Positions 1 through 9,057 of a stretch of 32,000 nt of DNA are shown piece after piece. How positions within the stretch are numbered: the first letter of the stretch is position 1; each line of letters starts with the position of its first letter. Origin of the DNA: an uncultured Opitutales bacterium (GTDB lineage Bacteria; Verrucomicrobiota; Verrucomicrobiia; Opitutales; Intestinicryptomonadaceae); the NCBI GenBank assembly GCA_934660865.1, contig CAKUIA010000017.1, forward strand, positions 30,303 to 62,302, in the 5' to 3' direction. Position numbers and translations under genes: made by a program. Under the pieces are notes generated by a model, which made no database searches, was not told the DNA's origin, and saw nothing but the letters and a program-made list of their open reading frames with translations.

Positions 1-41
1 TATTTTTTCTTATATACGGCACATTTTGCGTATTCCAATTT

Positions 42-1208
42 TTGTCGGGAAGCGTTTTCGAAGGTGCGTTTGCCTCGCGCGAAAATTCGGTGCAAATGTA
101 TTTGTACATTGCCGTGTTTATTATAACCATAATAGGCATTTTGCCGCATTCGACAAAACTTAAAGGGCAAGACAGCATGTTTTACCTTGTTATTGTCTAT
201 ATGCTGTACTATGTGGTTGTCACGGTTTTCTATCTGCTATTAACCCATATTGACGACATTAAATATATTGGTACGGGTGTTATAATGTCGTCGGTATCGC
301 CGCTGGTGTTTCTGTTTTTTTACCATTGCGCAAAGGAAAGCGACATTTCGCTTCGCAAGTGTGTTATAGGTTTTTCGATACTGTTGTTTATCGATACCTG
401 CGCAACGCTAAGGCTTTACAACTTTTCGTTTGAGTATTCAAACTGGGTGGTTATAATGCAGTTTTACACTTTGTTTTTTATTTTGCCGTGGATGCTGTGT
501 ATACGAAAAAGATTTGTAAACATAGCCATCTTTTTTGTATTTGCATTGTTGACCGCATATTCGGCAAAGCGAGGGGCGTTTTTAACTTTGTTGGGAAGTA
601 TAATGGTTTTTTACATGCTAAAAAGCTATATAAAAAACAAAAATTTGGCTTCGGTTTTACTGTATCCCGTCATTATAATCCCGCCGGTTTTATGCCTTAT
701 TTTCTGCTTTATAGACTTTTCATTTATGATGGAAAAGATGGAGTCGATTTCCATCGACAGAGGATCGGGCAGATTGGATATTTACCAGCTAATATTCGAT
801 ACGTATAAAAATTCCGGTTTCATGATGCAGTTTTTCGGCAACGGCGGCTATTACGGAGCAAAGGATATTACAATGCAGGTGGAAATTCACGGCGCGCACA
901 ACGACTTTTTACAGGTATTGCTCGATATAGGAATACCCGGGCTTATTATCCTGTTTAGCATGATCTACATTTTGGTAAAACGGTTTTTTACATTGGTAAA
1001 AAGCAGCTCTTTTATTGCTCCCGCCTACGGGACAACGCTTGTTATGATTTTAGTTCTGTCGAATGTAAGTACCGTCTTTTGCGGAAACTTTACTACAATA
1101 CCTATTTGGGCGTTTTGGGGCTATATAATAGGGGCAATGAATGCAAACAACTACAACAATTTCCTAATGTATCCCCCGCAGGATACTAATTTTCTATGGA
1201 AAAGGTAA
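42..1208 (+). CDS. O-antigen ligase/polymerase (Wzy_C-type) multi-pass membrane protein
   Basis: 388-aa ORF that is hydrophobic throughout. The loop motif HGAHNDFLQVLLDIGIPGL fits the H-x-H-N-x-(F/Y)-L...G-x-x-G signature of the O-antigen ligase/Wzy_C family. The track start is TTG and the frame stays open back to base 3, so the true 5' end may lie outside the window. An alternative ATG is at 96. Confidence 0.65.
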   Translation: MSGSVFEGAFASRENSVQMYLYIAVFIITIIGILPHSTKLKGQDSMFYLVIVYMLYYVVVTVFYLLLTHIDDIKYIGTGVIMSSVSPLVFLFFYHCAKESDISLRKCVIGFSILLFIDTCATLRLYNFSFEYSNWVVIMQFYTLFFILPWMLCIRKRFVNIAIFFVFALLTAYSAKRGAFLTLLGSIMVFYMLKSYIKNKNLASVLLYPVIIIPPVLCLIFCFIDFSFMMEKMESISIDRGSGRLDIYQLIFDTYKNSGFMMQFFGNGGYYGAKDITMQVEIHGAHNDFLQVLLDIGIPGLIILFSMIYILVKRFFTLVKSSSFIAPAYGTTLVMILVLSNVSTVFCGNFTTIPIWAFWGYIIGAMNANNYNNFLMYPPQDTNFLWKR

Positions 1209-2203
1209 ACATATTAACGGGCTCTAAAAGCCCCGTGTTCTTAAGGCAGCTAGACACCGAAAGATTCGCGGGAAGTTTCGAGTTTTTCGAGAACAGCAAC
1301 GAGGATATTTTGTGGGACTACGTTGTTGTATACGAAGAATGCCCAATGCCGAAAAAAATTCGATGCAAAAAGGGCGGTTTATACTTCTTTTCGGGCGAGC
1401 CGAGCGATTCGCGTTTTTACGGAAAAGGTTTTCTTTCGCAATTCGACCACGTTATTGCCACCCATAAAAACATTAAAAACAAAAATTTTATAAACTCGAA
1501 TACGGCGCTAAATTGGCATTTCGGCAGGGGCACTGCAAGCGGCAAAATAAACTTCGATTTTGCAATGCTAAAAGCAATGCCGTTGCCCGAAAAACAAAAG
1601 AATATATCGGTAATAACTTCGCGGCTTAATATGATGCCGGGGCACCTAAAACGCCTTAAGTTTTTAGACGCCCTGCGCAGCCGCTATGGCGACAAAATAG
1701 ACTATTTCGGAAAGGGCGTTAGATTTATAGACGACAAGGCCGAGGCTATTTTGCCCTACAAATTCCATATTTGTTTGGAAAATTCGCCCGAAAAAAATTA
1801 TTGGACGGAAAAGTTTGCAGACCCCCTTTTGGGTTTTACCGTTCCCATATATTTCGGCGACAAATCCATTTTCGACTACTTCGACAAAAACGCGTTCTAT
1901 TTTATAGACATAGGCGAGCCCGACAAGGCGTTCGAAATTATAGACAAGATTTTGGATAATCCCGACGCAATATATGCCGAAAAACTGCCGTATTTGACGT
2001 CCGAAAGAAATCGCCTTTTAAACGACTATAACTTCTTTACGGTGTTTGCAAACTATGCAAAAAAATTCGGCATAGAACAGTCGGAAGTTTTGCACACTTT
2101 GTATCCCGTAAGCTCGTTCTTTGGGGGCAAAGTAGGGCGCTTTGTTCTCCGTTTAAAAAGGGGGCTGTACAAATTATATTCTAAAATTTCGGCGTCATGC
2201 TAA
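1196..2203 (+). CDS. GT10-like alpha-1,3/4-fucosyltransferase family glycosyltransferase
   Basis: 335-aa ORF whose ATG overlaps the upstream gene by 13 nt. YKFHICLENSPEKNYWTEKFADPLLGFTVPIYFG matches the conserved KF-x-L-x-FENS-x3-4-Y-x-TEK...P-I-Y-x-G motif of GT10 fucosyltransferases such as Helicobacter FutA. Confidence 0.7.
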   Translation: MEKVNILTGSKSPVFLRQLDTERFAGSFEFFENSNEDILWDYVVVYEECPMPKKIRCKKGGLYFFSGEPSDSRFYGKGFLSQFDHVIATHKNIKNKNFINSNTALNWHFGRGTASGKINFDFAMLKAMPLPEKQKNISVITSRLNMMPGHLKRLKFLDALRSRYGDKIDYFGKGVRFIDDKAEAILPYKFHICLENSPEKNYWTEKFADPLLGFTVPIYFGDKSIFDYFDKNAFYFIDIGEPDKAFEIIDKILDNPDAIYAEKLPYLTSERNRLLNDYNFFTVFANYAKKFGIEQSEVLHTLYPVSSFFGGKVGRFVLRLKRGLYKLYSKISASC

Positions 2204-3123
2204 AAATCGGCATAATAGTTGCAGTCTACAATTTGTCCGACAAGTTGGACGACCTTTTAAATTCTCTTGAAAAGCAGGATTTGCCCGAAAGCGAATTCGA
2301 GGTGATTTTTGTAGACGACGGCAGCCAAGACAATTCGGCGGAAATTATCCTGGGCAGAAAACGCGCCAACTGGAAAGTGGTTAAGCAGCCCAACAAAAAG
2401 CAGGGGGCTGCGCGCAACAACGGTTTGGCCCATTCCGCGGCGGAATATGTTTGGTTTGTAGACGGCGACGACGCCATTGCCCCAAATTGCCTTGGCAAGT
2501 TGTATTCAACGGCAAAGACAAACAATTTAGACGTGCTTTTGTTTAAAATAAACAAGGTAAAACAAGGGAGCGTTATAGGGCAAATTCCCGAAAACGAGTT
2601 TGCCGCGCAAAACAGGGTGTTAGGCGGTGCAGACTATCTGAATATGCGCCAACTTACCCTTTGCTCGGTTTATATATACAAACGCAGTTTTTTGACGGAA
2701 AACAGCTTGCGTTATATAGAAGGTGTATTTTTTGAAGATTCCGAATTTATGCCGCGCGTATTTTGCCTTGCAAAAAGAATTATGTTTATTCCAATGCCGG
2801 CGTACATATATATAGAAAGGACAAACTCTACAACAAAGTCGTTTACGGCAGAAAAACTCGTATCTTCGGCCGCGGCAACAATGCAAATGTGCACCAATGC
2901 GACTTTGGCCGGAAAAAATGTTTGCTCGGCAATGCACTACTATGCCGCAATGCAATTCAACACAACTTTTGCAATTTACAGAAAACTTAAAAACAAAAAA
3001 GCCGTGCAGCTTAACAAATCCTTAAAGCGCAAAGTTGTAGCGTCTATGTTGCGGGCAAAACGGCCAAAATATTTTGCCGAGGGAGTTTTTCTGCAATTAT
3101 TTTGGAGGTTTATATTCAACTAA
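2197..3123 (+). CDS. family 2 glycosyltransferase
   Basis: 308-aa ORF with a 7-nt overlap with the upstream gene. The N-terminal GT-A signature is IIVAVYN...EVIFVDDGSQDNS...QGAARNNGL...WFVDGDD (DxD). Confidence 0.85.
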   Translation: MLKIGIIVAVYNLSDKLDDLLNSLEKQDLPESEFEVIFVDDGSQDNSAEIILGRKRANWKVVKQPNKKQGAARNNGLAHSAAEYVWFVDGDDAIAPNCLGKLYSTAKTNNLDVLLFKINKVKQGSVIGQIPENEFAAQNRVLGGADYLNMRQLTLCSVYIYKRSFLTENSLRYIEGVFFEDSEFMPRVFCLAKRIMFIPMPAYIYIERTNSTTKSFTAEKLVSSAAATMQMCTNATLAGKNVCSAMHYYAAMQFNTTFAIYRKLKNKKAVQLNKSLKRKVVASMLRAKRPKYFAEGVFLQLFWRFIFN

Positions 3124-3140
3124 AGAATGCTTAAATTTTT

Positions 3141-4028
3141 ATGAATACATTAAAAAGATTTATATTGAAATTTTTAAATGCCTGCATTTTGTTTTCGGAA
3201 AACTTCAAGAAGAAAATTCCCGTTACAATTCCCGTATTTAACGGAAATTTGCTTGACGGCCGCACCGCGTTGATAACGGGCGGCACACAGGGAATAGGCT
3301 TTGCCGTTGCCGACGCATTTGTTAAAAACAATGCAGCGGTTGTAATTACGGGCAGAAACCTTGAACGCATAAACACCGCTTTAAACGCCTTAAAAAGCGG
3401 CAATCCGGGAAAGTCCGACAAAATTTTCGGCATTGTAATGGACGTTTCAAAACCCGAACTATTCGACGCAAAGATAGACGAAATTTCGCGGCTAATAGGC
3501 GGACAAAAAATTGATATTTTGGTGAACAATGCGGGGATAATGCGCGGCTCTTTCGAAAACGCGACCGAAAACGATTTTAACGAAGTATTAAACACAAATG
3601 TAAAGGGCACATTTTTCCTTTCGCGCACCATGGCAAAATATATGGTAAAAAATAAAATCGCGGGCAATATCCTTAATGTTGCGTCTTCCTCCAGCCTAAG
3701 GCCTGCAATTTCGCCGTATACGCTGTCGAAATGGAGCATTAGGGGAATGACAATGGGGCTTGCGAAATCTTTGATAAAATATAACATTGTCGTAAACGGC
3801 ATAGCCCCGGGGCCCACGGCAACACCTTTGCTTGTAAACCCAATGCAGGAAAGCATTTCGTGCAAAGAATCGCCAAGCAAACGCTTTGCAACTTCGCAGG
3901 AAATTGCAAATATGGCCGTGGTTTTAACAAGCGACCTCGGCAAAATGGTAGTAGGCGACATTGTCTATATGACGGGCGGTTGCGGGAATTTAACCTACGA
4001 CGACATAAACTACGATATAAACCTTTAA
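3141..4028 (+). CDS. short-chain dehydrogenase/reductase (SDR) family oxidoreductase
   Basis: 295-aa ORF with the Rossmann motif TALITGGTQGIGFA (TGxxxGxG), an NNAG motif, and the catalytic Y-x3-K as YTLSK. Confidence 0.85.
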   Translation: MNTLKRFILKFLNACILFSENFKKKIPVTIPVFNGNLLDGRTALITGGTQGIGFAVADAFVKNNAAVVITGRNLERINTALNALKSGNPGKSDKIFGIVMDVSKPELFDAKIDEISRLIGGQKIDILVNNAGIMRGSFENATENDFNEVLNTNVKGTFFLSRTMAKYMVKNKIAGNILNVASSSSLRPAISPYTLSKWSIRGMTMGLAKSLIKYNIVVNGIAPGPTATPLLVNPMQESISCKESPSKRFATSQEIANMAVVLTSDLGKMVVGDIVYMTGGCGNLTYDDINYDINL

Positions 4029-4037
4029 AAGCATTTT

Positions 4038-5081
4038 ATGCAAAAGGCGGTTTTCGACAAGTTCGCTTTCCTGGCATTTTATATGTCGCTGCTGGTAGTC
4101 GGCATACACCTTTGTGTCGACACATTTTATAAATTCGATTTCAACAATCCCGCAGATGTGGTTGTCTACAATCAAATTTATTTTGTACGCAACGTATTGG
4201 CTTTAATTGCGGTTCCAATGTTTTTTATAAAGTCGGGAATTTTGTTCTTTTACAATTTTACGCCCAAAGATTATTTCAGAAAAATTAAACGAAGGTTTTC
4301 TTCCATATTTATACCGTTTTGCGTTTGGAATGTGCTTTGCTATTTATTTGATTTAACGGTTTGCAATTTTCCGCTTACGGCAAAATTCATACAAAACAGA
4401 AGCGTAGATTTCGGCCTGTCGGAATTTTTTTGCGCCGCATTTTTTTACACAAACAATCCCGTAAACTGGTTTTTGTTTCAGTTGATGTTTTTTGCGGTAA
4501 TTTCGCCCGTATTCTATTATTTGGCGAAAAACGTTTATGTTGCGGGAGCCGTTATTTTTATATGCCTTTGCGATATTGCGTGTGTAAACAAATTCTTCGA
4601 ACAATTTCATTTGCTGTATTTTTCGGTGGCGTTCGGCGTGTATTTGTTCGGAGCCGTAATCGGAATGCACTATAAACAACTTTTAGGCACAGTATATAAA
4701 ACGGGCGCTGTCGCAATTAGCTGGGCGGCTTTTGCATTGTTTTTATTGGCAATATTCTATGTAAGAACGCATAATATTGCGATAATTCCCGTAAATTTCC
4801 TAAAAATGGGCGCAATTATAAGTTTGTGGATTGGATTGAGCAGGGCGAAAATTTCCCCAAAATGGTACTATGGGGCGTCTTTTATAATTTACGAATCGCA
4901 GGTAATTGTAGCTTCGGCAATCTTAAAAGTAATTTTAATTTTACTGCCAAATAACAGCTTTTTTGCAGCGCTTAATTTCTACGCAACCATAGCGTTAAGC
5001 GCGCTTGTAAGCATTTGCATTTATAGCTTGGCAAAAAAATATTTCCCTAAAATCTTTGCATGCCTAAACGGCGGCCGGTAG
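4038..5081 (+). CDS. acyltransferase family 3 (sugar O-acyl/acetyltransferase) membrane protein
   Basis: 347-aa multi-pass membrane ORF. The early conserved His (LLVVGIH) and the VPMFFIKSGILFF segment resemble the V-P-x-F-F-x-I-SG-(F/Y)-L block of acyltransferase_3 proteins. It sits in a glycan-locus context. Confidence 0.6.
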   Translation: MQKAVFDKFAFLAFYMSLLVVGIHLCVDTFYKFDFNNPADVVVYNQIYFVRNVLALIAVPMFFIKSGILFFYNFTPKDYFRKIKRRFSSIFIPFCVWNVLCYLFDLTVCNFPLTAKFIQNRSVDFGLSEFFCAAFFYTNNPVNWFLFQLMFFAVISPVFYYLAKNVYVAGAVIFICLCDIACVNKFFEQFHLLYFSVAFGVYLFGAVIGMHYKQLLGTVYKTGAVAISWAAFALFLLAIFYVRTHNIAIIPVNFLKMGAIISLWIGLSRAKISPKWYYGASFIIYESQVIVASAILKVILILLPNNSFFAALNFYATIALSALVSICIYSLAKKYFPKIFACLNGGR

Positions 5082-5113
5082 TTTTTTTAACGTAGCTTTT
5101 ATTAAGCGCCAAC

Positions 5114-5141
5114 AAGGCAAATTTTTATATAAATTTGCCTT
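5114..5141 (+). terminator. possible intrinsic terminator after the plus-strand glycan genes
   Basis: Perfect 11-bp inverted repeat aaggcaaattt / aaatttgcctt with a 6-nt loop (ttatat), 33 nt after the stop at 5081. The stem is AT-rich and the downstream T-tract is weak (ttataat). Confidence 0.4.
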
Positions 5142-5319
5142 TATAATCCATAAAAACAATTCCTTTTCAAAAGACAGGCTTTTTGAGACACATAACAGCA
5201 TATAAATATCTCATTGATTTATAGTATATTACAAAAATTAAAACTAAAGCCTTGTTTGTCGCACAAGGTATATTATGTCTACTTGCATAACATAGGTTGA
5301 CTTTCTATAAAAGATTTCT

Positions 5320-5970
5320 ATGCTCGCCAGAGTGATGAAATTGATATTAAAAGTCCTGCTTGCAATGCTTGTTTCATTTGCTTTTGTATCTGTTGCAAAC
5401 GTATTTCCTGCCGCAAATATTTCAAACGCGGCAAATTTAGATGTTGTAGAAATTCTGTTATGCGAATTGGACAATTCTAAATTTCATTCGCAAATCGAAA
5501 AAATCGAAAATCAATCGATTCCCTACATGCTTACAGAAATTGTTTGGAACGATTGCAAAATGAGCAAAAACGCTGATTTATTGCTTCCGAAAGAATATTG
5601 TAAAACCGATATTGGTGTATTTTGCTCTAATGAGATGAATTTAAAAGCATTTTCTAAATGTCTATCAAAACTAATATCATTGGGGAAAATGTTGCCAACA
5701 GGATTGATATCCGGCACCGACTTATTGCCGAACGCCCCAAAAAATTTACCTTTTGCAATTACAAGAATTACCATTTTTAACGGAAAAGAAAAAATCTCCA
5801 TTCTTTTCAATGATATAAACTATATTTGGGGAAAGAAAGATATATGTAAGACAAATATGGTTGCAGCTAATGTTAACGCTTTTATAATCGAATATGCCAA
5901 TATAATTGCGTCTTTCAACGATACAGAAGCTTTTAATTGTTTCTTCCCTACCCTAAAACTGTATAACTAA
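5320..5970 (+). CDS. hypothetical exported protein (AT-rich islet gene 1)
   Basis: 216-aa ORF. The N-terminus MKLILKVLLAMLVSFAFVSVANVF (from the internal ATG at 5335) looks like a signal peptide. I recognised no family motif. Confidence 0.5.
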   Translation: MLARVMKLILKVLLAMLVSFAFVSVANVFPAANISNAANLDVVEILLCELDNSKFHSQIEKIENQSIPYMLTEIVWNDCKMSKNADLLLPKEYCKTDIGVFCSNEMNLKAFSKCLSKLISLGKMLPTGLISGTDLLPNAPKNLPFAITRITIFNGKEKISILFNDINYIWGKKDICKTNMVAANVNAFIIEYANIIASFNDTEAFNCFFPTLKLYN

Positions 5971-5983
5971 TCTTAAAATTATT

Positions 5984-6319
5984 ATGAAAAACATCGTTTC
6001 AGTCTTGTTTTTTAGTTTAGTTGCGATGGCATTGTGTGCGGCAATGCCGAATACCGTTGCCCATTCCGATAAATTGAATGCGGATACTAAAGTTATAGAT
6101 ATACAACTTGATAAAGAAAATGCGGTAAAAATTGCGGAAACCGTGTTATGCCATATTTACGGGAATAAAGTCTTATATCAAAAGCCGTGGCGCGTCGAGG
6201 AAAGCAAAGAATCTTATATCATCAAAGGGCAATTACCTTCCAATACGCTTGGGGGTACGGCAATGGTAGAGATATCAAAGAAAACCGGTCAAGTTCTGAA
6301 TTATTCCCACGGCAAATGA
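5984..6319 (+). CDS. small exported protein resembling NTF2-fold immunity proteins (Imm-NTF2-like)
   Basis: 111-aa ORF with a signal peptide (MKNIVSVLFFSLVAMALCAA). The body pattern is ENAVKIAETVLCHIYGNKVLYQKPWRV...YIIKGQLPSNTLGGTAMVEISKKTGQVLNYSHGK. It matches my memory of the A-x-x-IAE-x-(I/V)L-x3-YG...P(F/W)...W/Y-x-(I/V)-x-G-x-LP...GG...(I/V)-x-K-x-(D/T)G-x-(I/V)L...H-x-K consensus of NTF2-fold polymorphic-toxin immunity proteins. Confidence 0.5.
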   Translation: MKNIVSVLFFSLVAMALCAAMPNTVAHSDKLNADTKVIDIQLDKENAVKIAETVLCHIYGNKVLYQKPWRVEESKESYIIKGQLPSNTLGGTAMVEISKKTGQVLNYSHGK

Positions 6320-6434
6320 GATTAACAAAATTTTGTTTATGCAATATAATTTTGGCGATATTTCGCCGTGGCGTTTCATCTTAACCCAACAAATCTTCAA
6401 ATATGAAATACACTAAAGACTTAAGTATACGGAT

Positions 6435-6824
6435 ATGAAAAACTATATAAATAAAATTTTGGCACTGGCCCTATTTTTTCTTTTGCATGTCAATGCCTTC
6501 GCAGAAAATATTGAAAACGGCATTTGTGTTTCATACAAGGTTGTACAAGCCCGGGAAATTGAAACAACTTTTTTTAAAGATTCATCAAATGCAAAGCCAA
6601 TGCCGAACGATTTGTATGTAATTGGTTATATCCGCCAAAATATACCTGTAAAATACGATGTGTCGTGCACGTTATATTTTTACAACCCCGGACAACGCGG
6701 CTTAAAGAGAATTGCAAAAATCGGTTGGATTGGCACGGGCAAATTCTTTTTATTGCAACTGGGCAGCAAGGATATTTATAGCAAAGATTTGCAATACGAA
6801 ATAAAAATTGACATGCGAAAATAA
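6435..6824 (+). CDS. hypothetical exported protein (AT-rich islet gene 3)
   Basis: 129-aa ORF with a signal peptide MKNYINKILALALFFLLHVNAFA|EN. No recognisable motif. Confidence 0.5.
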   Translation: MKNYINKILALALFFLLHVNAFAENIENGICVSYKVVQAREIETTFFKDSSNAKPMPNDLYVIGYIRQNIPVKYDVSCTLYFYNPGQRGLKRIAKIGWIGTGKFFLLQLGSKDIYSKDLQYEIKIDMRK

Positions 6825-6884
6825 TTGGACAAGGCGATTTTTTTGAAAGACTGTTTGCAATACTAAGCATAACATAAAATAGCC

Positions 6885-7265
6885 ATGAAATTTATAAAAT
6901 ATATAACAGTTATTTTGCTGATATTGGTTTTTATGTTATGCGCAATTAACCATTTGGTATTTAAAATAGGATACGGTATTCCGGGCGGTGAAATAGATTT
7001 TGTAGGGCTTACAAAAATCGACGCTATAAAAAAGCTTCAGGAAAAGAAAATTGGAGATTTAATATTAATATTTGTAGGCGGCTATAAAGGAAGAAGTTAT
7101 AAAAATATAAACGAAGTTGAAAAAGACCCGTATATAATACAGTCGAAGATTTTGGGTGTAAACTGTAAACAAGCGGGCAATGTCAATTATATGCAAATTC
7201 TTTTTTTTGATGAAACAGAACGCGTATATAAACAAAAAATTAGCTATTCATTTGACGGGCCGTAG
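6885..7265 (+). CDS. hypothetical membrane-anchored protein (AT-rich islet gene 4)
   Basis: 126-aa ORF with one N-terminal hydrophobic helix (ITVILLILVFMLCAI). No recognisable motif. Confidence 0.5.
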   Translation: MKFIKYITVILLILVFMLCAINHLVFKIGYGIPGGEIDFVGLTKIDAIKKLQEKKIGDLILIFVGGYKGRSYKNINEVEKDPYIIQSKILGVNCKQAGNVNYMQILFFDETERVYKQKISYSFDGP

Positions 7266-7497
7266 CTTGCATTTTTAATATACTTACAATTAAAATGTTA
7301 TGAAAACAAAAAAATTAGATATGCAGTTTCATATGGCAATTCGCTGTTTTCTAGATTAAACTTTTCGCGGCCGTTTGGTTTTGTGTTGTTAACAGATAAA
7401 TGGCTTGTGTTCGGGCGGCGTATTTTACGCAAACGCAACAAAAGTTCTCTGTATTTTGATAAAGCCCTACCCTTATTTTTTCGGGTGTTTTGTGGGG

Positions 7498-9030
7498 TTA
7501 GTGTTTGTGGAGTTTTTGCTTTATTTGTTGCATGAGGGCGGATTTTTCGGATTTGGTTAGGCCGAATGCAAATATTGCAAACAAAACCAAAATTTCGGTA
7601 GATGCCGTATCGAACACGAATTTTGCAAAAGCAAAATCTATGCGCACAAAGTTTATCAAAATTTCCGAAAATGCCGTTGCAAACGCGCAAACGGCAAAAA
7701 TTCTGGCGGCAACCTCGGTTATGTAGGCCGATATGCTTATGTTATACGCCTTTTTTGCCATAACAATTCTTGAAAGCGCAACAAGCGATATCATTGCCAC
7801 CAAAACAAAATATACATAACTTGGGCTAAAGCCGCATTTTAGGAATACATACGAAATCGGAATGTTTAAGCTATTGATTATAAACAGGATAATTTCGTAG
7901 GTCTTAATGTTGCCCTCCGCAAACAAGCCTATTGCAAACGGCCACGAAACCGTGTCTATTATTATCGAAATCGCCAGCAAAACCACAAACGAATTTGTGT
8001 AGGCCGGATACTCACCAAGCCATAAGTACAGGAAATAATCGGCCCTTGCAATTATGGGGAAAGCCAATGTGGCCATCAAAAAAAACGAGAATTTGGAGCT
8101 TAAAAAAACGGTTTTTTGCATTGCGGGCAAATTTTTGTCGGCATACAGTTTTGTTATTTGCGGCTGGGCCGACACTAAAAAGGTATTTACAAAGCTTGCA
8201 AGCGTAGATGATATTTGAACCGAAATGCCCCTTGCCGCGTTTACCGCATTGCCGAAAAACAGGTTCAGCATTATGTTAAGCCCCTGGTCTCTGATAATCG
8301 ATGCGCCGTTGCCCAAAAATGCCCAGCCGGTGAAAATTCCCATATTTTTCAATATGCCGAAATCTACCTCAAAACGCTGTTTGTATTGCCCGAACTTAAA
8401 TTTTACAAATACCGAGCACAAAGCCAAAACCGCGACTATGACAAGGGTATTTAGCGTTGCAAACAGCGGCAGTTTGTCGAAGTCCGCAAACAGCAGGCAG
8501 ACTGCCACAAGCAGCTTGCAAAGGGCTTCGAACACCCCTTTAAAGGCGTAAAACGACATTTTTTCGTAGGCTATTATTATTGCGTCGAAAGGAACGTATA
8601 ACATTCGCAACGCAAAGCTTATGCAGGCGCAAAGCAGCACATAAATTGCGGTTTCAACCCTGTCGTGGGCAATAACCATTTTGTTGCATATAAACCAATA
8701 GCCGCCCGCAAAGGCCAAAATGCACAAAATTGCACCCAAAAAGGCCTGCATAAACAATGCGGTAGAAAACAGTTTTTGGATTTTTGCGACGTTGTTTTTG
8801 CCCAATTCGTAGGTGATAAATCTGCTAATCGAAACGGGTATTGCCCCCGTAACAATTTCGAACATTGCAACAACGCCGTATACTACATTGTATATGCCGA
8901 AATCCTCTACACCAAGCTGTTTAAGAACAACCCTTGTAGAGAAAAACCCGACAAAAACGCAAAATATTTGCCTTAAAAACAAATATAAAGTGTTTTTTAA
9001 AAGCCTTTTCTTCGACGCAACGTAAGCCAT
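7498..9030 (-). CDS. wzx: Wzx-type oligosaccharide flippase (MOP/polysaccharide biosynthesis protein family)
   Basis: ~510-aa multi-pass membrane ORF. The N-terminus LKNTLYLFLRQIFCVFVGFFSTRVVLKQLGVEDFGIYNVV is typical of the Wzx/RfbX family. The track start at 9036 is TTG, so I prefer the ATG at 9030 (MAYVASKK...). Confidence 0.8.
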   Translation of the reverse strand: MAYVASKKRLLKNTLYLFLRQIFCVFVGFFSTRVVLKQLGVEDFGIYNVVYGVVAMFEIVTGAIPVSISRFITYELGKNNVAKIQKLFSTALFMQAFLGAILCILAFAGGYWFICNKMVIAHDRVETAIYVLLCACISFALRMLYVPFDAIIIAYEKMSFYAFKGVFEALCKLLVAVCLLFADFDKLPLFATLNTLVIVAVLALCSVFVKFKFGQYKQRFEVDFGILKNMGIFTGWAFLGNGASIIRDQGLNIMLNLFFGNAVNAARGISVQISSTLASFVNTFLVSAQPQITKLYADKNLPAMQKTVFLSSKFSFFLMATLAFPIIARADYFLYLWLGEYPAYTNSFVVLLAISIIIDTVSWPFAIGLFAEGNIKTYEIILFIINSLNIPISYVFLKCGFSPSYVYFVLVAMISLVALSRIVMAKKAYNISISAYITEVAARIFAVCAFATAFSEILINFVRIDFAFAKFVFDTASTEILVLFAIFAFGLTKSEKSALMQQIKQKLHKH

Positions 9031-9057
9031 CTGCAAAGATATATTGCCGCAAAAAAA

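Noticed and set aside
3131-3961. 276-aa minus-strand ORF covering almost the whole SDR gene
   Set aside because: It is antisense to a plus-strand ORF with unambiguous SDR motifs (TGxxxGxG, NNAG, YxxxK). Its own sequence has no recognisable motif and looks like a shadow frame.
5225-5244. Possible imperfect direct repeats flanking the AT-rich islet (tatattacaaaaattaaaac at 5225-5244 versus tatacttacaattaaaat at ~7278-7296)
   Set aside because: The match needs two indels and lies in very AT-rich DNA, where such similarity is expected by chance. This is not enough to call att-like sites.
7298-7690. 130-aa minus-strand ORF overlapping the 3' end of wzx and the intergenic region
   Set aside because: It is extremely R/K/N-rich with no hydrophobic core or motif. 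It overlaps the well-supported wzx frame.
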